This document shows, piece after piece, positions 1 through 9,094 of a stretch of DNA of 64,000 nt. This DNA comes from a virus (taxonomy: Duplodnaviria; Caudoviricetes): the IMG/VR virus record IMGVR_UViG_3300025121_000013. One strand, written 5' to 3'. The first letter of the stretch is position 1; each line of letters begins with the position of its first letter. The notes beneath the pieces are model-generated. The model saw only the letters and a list, made by a program, of their open reading frames with translations, ran no database searches and was not told where the DNA came from. The position numbers were made by a program, and so were the translations under genes.

Positions 1-29
1 ATGTCAATCGCCATAATTTAAAACTCCTA

Positions 30-896
30 TTATATCTTTTTAAACATTTGTATAATTTTTGTATTTTTTAAATTGTTCTCTAAAAAGACAGATATCGGTT
101 CAGAAGGATAAACCAATTCTTGACCGGGAACGTTTACTATTTTTAACCCAAATGCCTTTTTATAAGAGATTGCTATTTTTCTTAATATATTTATTTTAGT
201 TTTATATATCTTCATAAAAGCTTCTGGGCTCAATATAAAAATTCTAGCCGTTGAGATATATTCAGTTAATATTTTTTCAAATTCAATACTATCCAATAAA
301 GATTTCTCTCTAAAAGTATTTTGTAGAATCCTATATAACTCTATAAACTTTTGACTTAAGTCTCTTCTCTCTTCTAATTCAAAATTATTAAAAATAAATT
401 TGACTATTTCTAAAGAATCTATTTTATTTGATAATCTAAACATTTCAAAATACAATTCAGAATAGAAAGAATTTAATTCATCATTAAAAATATTCAAAAA
501 ACTATTAGGGGATTCTTGAGAAACATAATGAACACATTCATGCACTGTAGTTTTTGTTAATTCTAAATCATTGGTTTTGGATAAGATATTTACATTATTA
601 TCTATCAAGATATATATTTTCTTTTTTTCAATAAATGCAGATATATATTTATTAGGACTATAACCTGATAATTTATATCCTATAAATCTTAATAATCCAC
701 GATTCATAAAACAGGGAATTATAATATTTTTATTTACCAAAGAATTTATTTCTTTTTCCAATTCTGGATTTTCAGCTTGAATAATTTGAAGAAATTTTTC
801 TTTTAAATTATCTGACGTATATAATTTAATACCATCTATAGAATCTATTTTTTTAAGACCTATAGGCAAAACAAAAAGTTCTGTCAAATCTGTCAT
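30..896 (-). CDS. hypothetical protein with HExxH zinc-metallopeptidase motif
   Basis: 288-aa ORF directly downstream of the terminase; TTVHECVHY fits HExxH at the end of a predicted helix. Confidence 0.5.
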   Translation of the reverse strand: MTDLTELFVLPIGLKKIDSIDGIKLYTSDNLKEKFLQIIQAENPELEKEINSLVNKNIIIPCFMNRGLLRFIGYKLSGYSPNKYISAFIEKKKIYILIDNNVNILSKTNDLELTKTTVHECVHYVSQESPNSFLNIFNDELNSFYSELYFEMFRLSNKIDSLEIVKFIFNNFELEERRDLSQKFIELYRILQNTFREKSLLDSIEFEKILTEYISTARIFILSPEAFMKIYKTKINILRKIAISYKKAFGLKIVNVPGQELVYPSEPISVFLENNLKNTKIIQMFKKI

Positions 897-898
897 TT

Positions 899-2530
899 TT
901 ATTCCATATTAAAAAGATCTAAAGTATTGATAAATCCATTTAAATTATCTTGCTTAACCACCTTTGTAATACTTTCATTCATTGTACGCGTTTGATATAA
1001 TCCATCATTTAGATTTATCACATCGCTTAAATTATGAATCTGTTCTGGAGATTGAGTCATATTTATCATAGTCGGTGGATCATATTTTCTCACATAAAAA
1101 CAAAATGATGTTGATAATGCAAGGTCATCATTCATCCCTGTATCCGCTTCAACCCTCCCATTATTTTTTTCAATTAAACCAACTAGTTCTAAAGCTAAAC
1201 GTTTTGACTTAACTATTTCTGGATATTTTACAACATAAGAATATAAAGCATCAATCATCAAAGGTCTTGATTTTCCTGTTGTAGATAAACCCAACTTTAC
1301 ATCTTTCCCTCTATTTTCTCGATATATTTGATTTGCTATTTCATTGTCGGCATTTAATCCACTTAAAACTTCTCCACCATACCCTCCAGTATTTTCAACA
1401 ATTATCAATGAATTTCTATATTGATAAGCTGCTGCCTTAACAACTTTTATAAAATCTGGGATTGGGAGTTTTCCTAAAAATTCCCAGACTTGTTCTAAAG
1501 TTTCATAATCCCAAATGGTTATTGCAGATTTATCACTTGCATATTCTGAAGCCGTATCAACGCCGATAAGATAAAACTTTCCAGATTGAGGGGGACAAAA
1601 TTCATACACAGAACCTGAAAAAAGTCTAAGTTCTTTATAAGGAATTTTTCTATCTTCTTGTAAATATATAACAATATCTTCAGGAAAAAATGTTCCTGAG
1701 GTTGAAACGAATTTTAGTTCAAGTTCCTGATTGATTTTCTTTGGATCATTATCTGCTAATTCACATTGTGTTTTATACCAAAGAGGATCATTGGCTAAAA
1801 CATTTATATCTCTCCAATGAATAACAAATGGCTTAAAAATATAATCTTCAGAAATAGCTTTACTATATTTATCAAAAAACCATTTTCCCACACCTACAGT
1901 TTTATTTGGAGTTGATAAAATAACTGTCCCATATGGAACATCATTTTTTTTCGCTTGCATTTGGTTTGTTGAAAGTGTTGAGATCATTGATGTCCAAGCT
2001 TCATCAATGAATTTGATAAAAGCGGCTTCGTCGATAATTAAAAATGTTACGGCCTTTCCTCTTAAAGTTTTATCTGGAGCGTTTGGGGCGACTGGAGTCG
2101 CATAACATTTTGAGCCATTAGATAATCTAAATGTTCTTTCAGTCTTTTTCGTAAATTTTGGCTTCATCCATATAGGCAGTTCTTCAATAATACCTATGAT
2201 AAATCTAGCAAAGTCTGTAGCTTCAGGGGCGTCTTTTGAAATCAACCCTATAACCACGTTTTTATAAAACACACAAAGCCAAGCAGCATATGCCTGAAGA
2301 ATTGTAGAGATTCCTATTTGTCGACTTTTCAAAACTAATACGAATTTATTATCTTCAACTTTCTCTATCAATTCTAATTGTTTATCATATGGATTCATCA
2401 GAACTTGTTTTCCTGGCAAATTCAATATAACATAATGTTTACAAAAATATTCAAAATCAGTTTTACATTTATGGATTTCTATAATATATTTTTCTATTTG
2501 TTGTTCTTTAGTCATTTCATAATTCTCCAT
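899..2530 (-). CDS. terL: terminase large subunit (T4 gp17-like); start probably at 2515 (MTKEQQ)
   Basis: Walker A-like LKSRQIGIST, Walker B FLIIDEAAF, coupling motif STP, RNase H-like nuclease IGVDTAS and DDLALS; GGAG lies 9 nt before the ATG at 2515. Confidence 0.92.
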   Translation of the reverse strand: MENYEMTKEQQIEKYIIEIHKCKTDFEYFCKHYVILNLPGKQVLMNPYDKQLELIEKVEDNKFVLVLKSRQIGISTILQAYAAWLCVFYKNVVIGLISKDAPEATDFARFIIGIIEELPIWMKPKFTKKTERTFRLSNGSKCYATPVAPNAPDKTLRGKAVTFLIIDEAAFIKFIDEAWTSMISTLSTNQMQAKKNDVPYGTVILSTPNKTVGVGKWFFDKYSKAISEDYIFKPFVIHWRDINVLANDPLWYKTQCELADNDPKKINQELELKFVSTSGTFFPEDIVIYLQEDRKIPYKELRLFSGSVYEFCPPQSGKFYLIGVDTASEYASDKSAITIWDYETLEQVWEFLGKLPIPDFIKVVKAAAYQYRNSLIIVENTGGYGGEVLSGLNADNEIANQIYRENRGKDVKLGLSTTGKSRPLMIDALYSYVVKYPEIVKSKRLALELVGLIEKNNGRVEADTGMNDDLALSTSFCFYVRKYDPPTMINMTQSPEQIHNLSDVINLNDGLYQTRTMNESITKVVKQDNLNGFINTLDLFNME

Positions 2531-2801
2531 TTTATATTTGTTCTTTGGTTTTCTTATCTTCCTTTCTTCTATATATATTAATAACTGATAGGATTTTATT
2601 GGTTAACTCTTGGCGAGTTATATTAAGTTCCAATATTATCCTACTCACTCAAAAGATCTGGGTGGTCCAGATCGGGTTCCTAGAAAGGGAGAAGATGATC
2701 GAAGAACCTTTTATTTTGAGGCCGATTTTGAATAACCTTCCTACTAATTTTAATTTTTTCCTATTCTAAAAATAGATATGTTTTTCTTTTAAAAATCACA
2801 T

Positions 2802-2828
2802 AAAGCGGTGGGGGTTTCCCACTGCTTT
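2802..2828 (-). terminator. intrinsic terminator-like hairpin, possibly bidirectional
   Basis: aaagcggtggg-ggttt-cccactgcttt stem with a single imperfect pair, T-run on + side, just after the stop of 2842..4089. Confidence 0.6.
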
Positions 2829-2841
2829 TTTTTGTACAATT

Positions 2842-4089
2842 TTATATTGAAGTTTGATTGGTTCTTATTAAATTCATTGTTGCCGTTGCTAACCAATCTT
2901 GTTGTCTTCTTAAATTTACCTCGGTCGATTTCAATATATAATTTCCTGACAAGCTTCCAAAGTCTTTTGTTCTTGAAGAAAACTTTACACAAGTTCCAAT
3001 TAATAAAGCTTTAGATAAAATAATATTTCTCTCGACCTGAAGAGTGAGAGGAGATAATTCCGATAAATTTTTTGCTAAAAATGAATTGATAAAGTGATCA
3101 GAATCATCTTGACCAGTATCATTATAAACATTGATTCTTCGATCATTGATTATATATGGGTTTAAATATGTTTCATCATTGCCGCTTATTAAACCTAAAT
3201 TTTTAAAAGAATCTGTTATATTCTTTTCAATTTTTTTGTACAATTTATTTTTTGGTTTAGAAATATTCATAATATTTGGAGCCATATAACTAAACATTGA
3301 ATTTCCATTATACCCAGAAGAAACTGCGGTATAGGTATACATATATTCATATTCTTTTTTACTAGAAAGATTTTCAATAAAGGTGGTATTATCTTCTCCG
3401 ATGCCTAAATGATAAATTATAAAAGATTGTTTTTGTTTTATAATATTTGATAAATTTTTAATTTTGATATTTCCTAAATGATCAGAAAATACAATTGGAC
3501 ACCCATCATAAATTCCAAAATTATCATCTATATATTTTATCGCTTGATAAAAAGACATAGAGGGAATTAATATTTGATCTATCACATCAGAATTGATTTT
3601 CCCATTATCAATTTCAATAGTTCCATATCCAGAATTATATTTTTGATAAAGCCTTGTGATGATATTTAAAACAGATTCATTTCTAAAAATTTCATTTACC
3701 GTTGATGTCATTATATAAAATGAAATGGAAGGGATTGTTACAAATGAAACAGGAATTCTATCAACCATTTCTGAGCCCAATTGTCCAGGTTGCATTGAAA
3801 ACTTTTTATCTATACGTAATAAAAGAAGTTCATAATTAAAAGTATCTAAAATAATATTTGATTCGGTTAATAATTTAATGGATAATTTTAAAGGGTCTTT
3901 TCCATATATTTTATTTAAAATAATATCTCTTGGATCCATTAAAAGATCAATTATTATTGTAGGATAAGGAACAGTGATTCCAGATAAAATTCTTATATTT
4001 GTAATTTCTTGACTATAATCCTGACCCTGAACTCTAAATATAATATCATAACTTTGAGAAGGCTTAAACCTAACTTCATTTGGTTTCAT
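2842..4089 (-). CDS. probable virion structural protein, baseplate hub/gp27-like
   Basis: ORF track gives 4161, but AGGAG precedes ATG at 4089 (MKPNEVRF) and 4161 falls inside a terminator; size, beta-rich pattern and C-terminal G-x-Y-I-L...T-x-M-x-L-x-R resemble hub/late-control-D proteins (by eye). Confidence 0.45.
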   Translation of the reverse strand: MKPNEVRFKPSQSYDIIFRVQGQDYSQEITNIRILSGITVPYPTIIIDLLMDPRDIILNKIYGKDPLKLSIKLLTESNIILDTFNYELLLLRIDKKFSMQPGQLGSEMVDRIPVSFVTIPSISFYIMTSTVNEIFRNESVLNIITRLYQKYNSGYGTIEIDNGKINSDVIDQILIPSMSFYQAIKYIDDNFGIYDGCPIVFSDHLGNIKIKNLSNIIKQKQSFIIYHLGIGEDNTTFIENLSSKKEYEYMYTYTAVSSGYNGNSMFSYMAPNIMNISKPKNKLYKKIEKNITDSFKNLGLISGNDETYLNPYIINDRRINVYNDTGQDDSDHFINSFLAKNLSELSPLTLQVERNIILSKALLIGTCVKFSSRTKDFGSLSGNYILKSTEVNLRRQQDWLATATMNLIRTNQTSI

Positions 4090-4135
4090 AATTTTTAATC
4101 TCCTTACATTTATATTTTGTTCTAAAAAAATGTAC

Positions 4136-4178
4136 AAAAAAATGAGCCGGGAAAGATACAAACTCCTGGCTCATTTTT
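4136..4178 (-). terminator. intrinsic terminator
   Basis: stem atgagccggga/tcctggctcat flanked by A and T runs; reads hairpin+TTTTTT on minus strand after the 4209..4439 stop. Confidence 0.75.
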
Positions 4179-4208
4179 ATTAAAATTGAGTTATCTATTC
4201 TTTTCATT

Positions 4209-4439
4209 TTAAAATTTCCAAGTCAAATATTTTTTTTGTTTTTTAATTGTTTTATTCCAATTAAATTCTTCTCCTTCCGCTAACCAATATGAAATAGGAA
4301 CTGAAAATGACATTAAGAAAAGAATTTTCAATCCAAGTTCAGTTGGAGTTTCTAAAAACACTATAAATAAAACAAGAGATAAAATAAAACTTAAAACAAA
4401 TAAAAGTCTGAACATTACTCGTAAAAAGCCTATCATCAT
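4209..4439 (-). CDS. small membrane protein
   Basis: two hydrophobic segments, basic C-terminus. Confidence 0.6.
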   Translation of the reverse strand: MMIGFLRVMFRLLFVLSFILSLVLFIVFLETPTELGLKILFLMSFSVPISYWLAEGEEFNWNKTIKKQKKYLTWKF

Positions 4440-4442
4440 ATA

Positions 4443-4829
4443 TCAATAGAATTGACTATTTTTATCCATTGCTTCAATAATATCAATTCTATGATCGATT
4501 ATCTCTAATGTTTTTTCATAAGATTTTCTTTCCTCTTCAAATTCCTTAAAGAATTTTTCCCTCTCTAATCTTAAATTTTTTAATAGCACAGATTTAGCTT
4601 CATCAAAAGATGCGGTATATAGGAAAGAATAATTATGTTTAAAAGGATAACCATAGATAACTGTGTTAGATAAAACTATAGGTTCTTTTAAAATTACGCT
4701 ATCTTTTGTCACGCCCTTAATTGCTCTATATTCTAATTTTGGAGGTCCATTCCATTCGGCATACCACATGAATTTAACGCTCTCATCAATTTCAATATTC
4801 GGCGGAGGCCATATCTTTTTACACATCAA
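4443..4829 (-). CDS. hypothetical protein
   Basis: 128-aa ORF tightly packed in the minus-strand run. Confidence 0.6.
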   Translation of the reverse strand: MMCKKIWPPPNIEIDESVKFMWYAEWNGPPKLEYRAIKGVTKDSVILKEPIVLSNTVIYGYPFKHNYSFLYTASFDEAKSVLLKNLRLEREKFFKEFEEERKSYEKTLEIIDHRIDIIEAMDKNSQFY

Positions 4830-5004
4830 GTTCTTCTGGGTTATTATTTTTATCTTTTTTTATAAGATTAAAAATTAAACGAATCTCAAATAATATCATA
4901 ATCCCACATATAAAAAATATGAATAAACTTTTAAATATAAATAATAAAATTATAAATATAATACATGCTAAGATATTAAAAATCAAAAATCCCTTATCAT
5001 TCAT
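4819..5004 (-). CDS. small membrane protein
   Basis: 61 aa, long hydrophobic stretch, co-oriented and tightly packed. Confidence 0.5.
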   Translation of the reverse strand: MNDKGFLIFNILACIIFIILLFIFKSLFIFFICGIMILFEIRLIFNLIKKDKNNNPEELDV

Positions 5005-5007
5005 TTT

Positions 5008-6183
5008 TTAATGCCTTTCAGTTCTATTTTTAGAAGATAAATAAGAAAACCCTAAACATTTTATATAGTTGGAAAAACTGATTGAATATTTTTTTGGAAT
5101 AATAACAATTCCTTCCCTAAGATGTTTATTAGTTATTTCTGATGGACTATCGGCTAATTCTCTTAATTGATCGATTGACTTAAAAGTAGTCGTATGAATC
5201 TGAACAACAGGAATTTCCCTTTCTTTACAATGTTCTATAATTTCTTCAGGACTCCATAATCTATTTTTATCTCTGATAGCAAAAATTCTAATTGTTTCCT
5301 CCCCAATTTTTAAACCATAATTTAAATGTTGAACTTTACCACCATATAATTCTCCATAATAAACTAATCCAGGTTCAATTTTAGTTTTTAATAATTTAGA
5401 ATAAACCTTCCAATAAATAGATGGCTCCAAATCTAAATTAATAGCTTTTCTTTTAGAAATAAATTTTCTAATGAAGTTTATAAATATAACAAAATATTTA
5501 AGCCATAATGGTATTGGATCATATGGGTTAAAAAGAGTTGAATTGTGTGTCCCGACAAAATCCTCAAAGGATTTAGATTTAGGATTTTCTAAACGACCAC
5601 ATCTAAATTGAGTTCCATGTATTTTTTCTGAATAATTGATTTCCTCTCCTTCTTTTAATAGGGTTGTATCATTTAAGATATTATTATTAACATGAAATAA
5701 CTGTTTAAAAATATTAGGAACATTTCTTCTAAAATGAAAACTTAAAATTTTTCCAACTAAAGTATTTTTTTCAGAAGGAAATAATTGCTCCATAAATAAT
5801 TCAGGTGGATCTTCCCATTTCATAATATATGGTAAATATTTTAAAACCTTTTCTTTATCAACAATCAATCCTTCAGAAATATTTCCTCTTAATTTAACGA
5901 CTTTCACTTTTCCTCTGGATAGATAATTTGTAATATTTAGCTCTTCTGCTAAAATTTCAGGAAGAACTGATTCTGCTGGAATTACAAATACCTTTTTTCC
6001 AATTTGATGAAGTCCTTTTTGGGATATAAATCTCCAACCCATTTCTTCAACTATAATACATTCTAAATTATCTGAATTCTCCGCAGGAATAATTTTAGAA
6101 ATTGTAACTTCTTTTACATATGGGGAAATATCACAATGAGACACATCCCTTGCATAGGATATGACCATTCTATTCATCTCCAT
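5008..6183 (-). CDS. RNA ligase, Rnl2/DRB0094-like family with N-terminal OB-like domain
   Basis: N-terminal I..AENSDNLE...GW and VKLRGNISEGL; adenylation motif I YSEKIHGTQ, motif III YGELYG, motif IV REGIVI. Confidence 0.85.
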   Translation of the reverse strand: MEMNRMVISYARDVSHCDISPYVKEVTISKIIPAENSDNLECIIVEEMGWRFISQKGLHQIGKKVFVIPAESVLPEILAEELNITNYLSRGKVKVVKLRGNISEGLIVDKEKVLKYLPYIMKWEDPPELFMEQLFPSEKNTLVGKILSFHFRRNVPNIFKQLFHVNNNILNDTTLLKEGEEINYSEKIHGTQFRCGRLENPKSKSFEDFVGTHNSTLFNPYDPIPLWLKYFVIFINFIRKFISKRKAINLDLEPSIYWKVYSKLLKTKIEPGLVYYGELYGGKVQHLNYGLKIGEETIRIFAIRDKNRLWSPEEIIEHCKEREIPVVQIHTTTFKSIDQLRELADSPSEITNKHLREGIVIIPKKYSISFSNYIKCLGFSYLSSKNRTERH

Positions 6184-6517
6184 CTTTTATTTCAGATGTT
6201 TGCCCCATTTGAGATTTCCATTTTTTAACATCTTGATATTTAATATCTGTTTTATAATTAATGCTTTTCCAAAAATCTAAAAAGAGCTTCATGTCAACTC
6301 TAAATCTACAGATTATACAATGTTCAATATTAATATCTACTACAAGAAATTCGTTTAATAATTCTCCTTCAACGAAAACAGATATATTATCCGTATGATC
6401 AAAAACTGAATGTTCCTTAGCTAAATCAAAACTTAAATAACATTTATAAGTTGCGCTTTCTAGTTGTCTAAATTCAATTTGAAGTACTCTATCAAATTTT
6501 TTCTCTTCTAATACCAT
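6170..6517 (-). CDS. hypothetical protein
   Basis: 115-aa ORF in operon-like run. Confidence 0.55.
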   Translation of the reverse strand: MVLEEKKFDRVLQIEFRQLESATYKCYLSFDLAKEHSVFDHTDNISVFVEGELLNEFLVVDINIEHCIICRFRVDMKLFLDFWKSINYKTDIKYQDVKKWKSQMGQTSEIKDGDE

Positions 6518-6528
6518 AAAAATTTCTT

Positions 6529-6741
6529 CTATATCTTTTGTTCCAAATATCTTTTGATAACAAGTTCTTTTGAAATATCTTTATTATCAAAAAATATAAC
6601 AAATTTGTGTGATAATTTTTTTAAATAGTTTTCTCTAATTTCATTAACCTTTACATCTTTAGAAACTTCAAGTTTGACAATATCATCGACCTTTTTTAGT
6701 TCAGGAATTTGTTTTTTCACTCCTCTTTTTATAAATTTCAT
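6529..6741 (-). CDS. hypothetical protein
   Basis: 70-aa ORF in operon-like run. Confidence 0.5.
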   Translation of the reverse strand: MKFIKRGVKKQIPELKKVDDIVKLEVSKDVKVNEIRENYLKKLSHKFVIFFDNKDISKELVIKRYLEQKI

Positions 6742-6789
6742 TAGATTATATTTTTCATGATTCTAGTTTTATATATCTTTTTATTCATG

Positions 6790-7089
6790 TTACTTTGTTC
6801 CTTCATATTTTTTCTTCAGTCTTTCATATTCTTCTTTTTCTCTATGTTCATTAATTATTATATATTTTTTTTCTCTTTCAATTCTCTCTTCAAATTCTTC
6901 ATCAGTTTCTAAACTTTTATAGCATAAATATAATGTTTCACCCATTCCATATTCTCCATGATCAACTTCAAAATAAGCTTCTTCTCCATACATATCTCGC
7001 CATTCTTCTATAGTTTTTATTGCCTCCCCTAAAGAATTATATAAAATATCAGATGCAGGAATCTTTTTATCAACCATTTTTCTTTCCAT
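6790..7089 (-). CDS. ETDEEF-motif small protein, paralogue 1 of 5
   Basis: SL..AIK.IEE...YGE...YKSLETDEEFEER...EYERLKKKYE, shared with 27598, 28741, 29069 and 48625. Confidence 0.7.
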   Translation of the reverse strand: MERKMVDKKIPASDILYNSLGEAIKTIEEWRDMYGEEAYFEVDHGEYGMGETLYLCYKSLETDEEFEERIEREKKYIIINEHREKEEYERLKKKYEGTK

Positions 7090-7092
7090 GTT

Positions 7093-8067
7093 TTATTCTC
7101 CTTGAAAAGAGTGAAAGAATTTCCATCTATTATTAAAATCTATATAAACGTCCAAACAATTTTTCTTGCAAATTGGGTCTAAAACTGTCCTATGATTTTC
7201 AAACCAATTTTTTCTTTCTTCTCTCATATTTTCTCCAACCTTCCCAATGGGCTTTCCTTGTTCTCTAAGATAAATAATGCAGGGATAATGTTGTCCATTT
7301 AATACCGCCATATCATCCAAAACTAAAGGACAACGATAATAATCTCCGCTCGTTATCCCTCTAACCCTTCGACCATTTTTAAAATTATTATATCTATATT
7401 TTAAAATAGGATGTTTATTTAAAATAATATCATCAATAAATAAATCTTCAAATAAAGAATTATTTTGTGATGCGGTTATAATCCTTATATCAGAAACATT
7501 CATTGATGAAGAAAATTTAATTATCTCGTTAATTTCATTCATATTATCATTTGTTAAAACCACTCCAATTGTAACATAAGTCTTTTTAGACAATTCTTTG
7601 ATATTCGAAATAACCTTCTCCCAAGACCCTTGAATATTTCCTGAAATTTTATCTCCATTTGTTGAACAACAGGAATCTAATGAAATTGAAAAATCATTGA
7701 TTCCACAGTCTATTAAATGAAGATAAAAGTCAAGATCATTAGAACCATTAGTGGATAAAGCAATTCTCTTAATTCCTTTGGTTTTTGAATATTTTATCAA
7801 TTCAGGAAGATTTACCCATAGGGTGGGTTCTCCGCCAGAAAACCTGACATTTCTCAATCCCTGCCCTGTCCAAAGATCTATAATTTTAATTGCATCTTGA
7901 AGAGAAATATCACCTTGATCTTCTTTTCTTATTCCACGACAATAAGTACAATTGAAATTACATCGATCCGTTAAAATCAATTCACATCTCCATAAAGGAG
8001 TTTTTTCATTTGAGGTTTTTGCTCTTTCATCTTCAAGAGTGTAAAACCCTATATCTTCCAAGATCAT
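7093..8067 (-). CDS. radical SAM enzyme (MoaA-like, C-terminal Cys-rich extension)
   Basis: CNFNCTYC CxxxCxxC, FSGGEPTL, STNG; extra C-terminal cysteines (RCP, YPC, ICKKNC). Confidence 0.88.
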   Translation of the reverse strand: MILEDIGFYTLEDERAKTSNEKTPLWRCELILTDRCNFNCTYCRGIRKEDQGDISLQDAIKIIDLWTGQGLRNVRFSGGEPTLWVNLPELIKYSKTKGIKRIALSTNGSNDLDFYLHLIDCGINDFSISLDSCCSTNGDKISGNIQGSWEKVISNIKELSKKTYVTIGVVLTNDNMNEINEIIKFSSSMNVSDIRIITASQNNSLFEDLFIDDIILNKHPILKYRYNNFKNGRRVRGITSGDYYRCPLVLDDMAVLNGQHYPCIIYLREQGKPIGKVGENMREERKNWFENHRTVLDPICKKNCLDVYIDFNNRWKFFHSFQGE

Positions 8068-8080
8068 ATGAATAGCCTTT

Positions 8081-8602
8081 CTAGCTTTCAGTCCACATGT
8101 CTTTTTCTAAAAAATTATATGTCAAATTGATTTTTAATTCACCATCTCTTTCTTTTTCAGAATCTATATTTTCTATATCATTAAGAACTTTATCTCTGAT
8201 ATTTTCAACCTCAAATTTATTTATGATGATAGAAAGGCACCTAATTAATCTATCTAAAATTAAAGGAATTTCAGTTTTAGATTTTTCATAATCCAAAATT
8301 TGATTATTTGTGATTCCAATATAGGTTGACAAAAGTGTTGTAGAAAAATTTATATTTTTTCTAAGAAATCTTAATTCATTCCCAGTTAGTGACCAATATT
8401 TTTTAATTAAAAGTTCAGAAATCTTTTTATGTAATTCAGTAATATAACCTATACTTACATATTTTTCAGTACAATATTTGCATTTAGCAACAAAAACATT
8501 ATTTAAATATATTTTATTTAACCCAGATTCAAGATAACAATGCTTATCTTGTTTGTATTCTAATGTGCTACCACAACTTTCACAGATTTTATATTTATTC
8601 AT
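8081..8602 (-). CDS. MqsA/YgiT-type zinc finger plus XRE HTH protein (orphan antitoxin-like)
   Basis: CESCG...NVFVAKCKYCTE zinc ribbon then LTGNELRFLRKNINFS...LSTYIGIT HTH. Confidence 0.75.
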   Translation of the reverse strand: MNKYKICESCGSTLEYKQDKHCYLESGLNKIYLNNVFVAKCKYCTEKYVSIGYITELHKKISELLIKKYWSLTGNELRFLRKNINFSTTLLSTYIGITNNQILDYEKSKTEIPLILDRLIRCLSIIINKFEVENIRDKVLNDIENIDSEKERDGELKINLTYNFLEKDMWTES

Positions 8603-8652
8603 TATCTCCTCTTTTTTCTACAATCTTTTTAGAATGTTAAAAATTTCATAAA

Positions 8653-8991
8653 TCAAAATTTAAACGTAATATATTTTTTAGATTTATTGAAAAATTTAGG
8701 AAACCAATGCCAAAATAAAGATAATGATAAAATAAATGAAAATGTCAATATCCAAAAATCATTCAAAAAAGCCGATATAATAAATGCTGAGATAGAACTT
8801 AACATCCAAAATAAAAGTAATGTTTTATTAATTTTTATTTCTTTCTTTTCTATGGGATATTTTTTAAGCGCATTAATGCTTTCATGAAGGTCACGGTCTT
8901 TAACTAATAATTTTCTTTCATATAAAATTAATTTTTCGGAGTAATCTTTATATTTTTCCTCATTTATATACCATACATTATCAATTTTCAT
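8653..8991 (-). CDS. membrane protein (coiled N-terminus, two TM segments)
   Basis: hydrophobic C-terminal half; 5' end lies within the 118-bp repeat. Confidence 0.6.
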   Translation of the reverse strand: MKIDNVWYINEEKYKDYSEKLILYERKLLVKDRDLHESINALKKYPIEKKEIKINKTLLLFWMLSSISAFIISAFLNDFWILTFSFILSLSLFWHWFPKFFNKSKKYITFKF

Positions 8992-9066
8992 ATTAATCTT
9001 TTATGTACCTTCTGAATTCTTCTTTTAATTCTTCAGAAGTCATGTGTCTAAAATATATAAGTCTTA
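8949..9066. repeat. 118-bp direct repeat, copy 1
   Basis: matches 9518..9635 with 5 substitutions on manual alignment. Confidence 0.95.
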
Positions 9067-9094
9067 AACCATATTTTACTTTTTTATTTTTCAC
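8993..9094 (-). pseudogene. 33-aa stub duplicating the C-terminus of 9562..9948
   Basis: GTG start overlapping the TGA of 9091..9501; reads VKNKKVKYGLRLIYFRHMTSEELKEEFRRYIKD*. Confidence 0.55.

Noticed and set aside
2569-2584. Identical 16-mer CTATATATATTAATAA here (+) and at 61592..61607 (-), both intergenic
   Set aside because: Opposite orientation relative to the downstream genes and nearly all A/T; such matches are expected by chance at this composition. Not excluded as a motif but unsupported
2640-2730. tRNA gene
   Set aside because: No D-arm/anticodon/T-arm spacing or GTTCGA loop; kept only as a generic structured element
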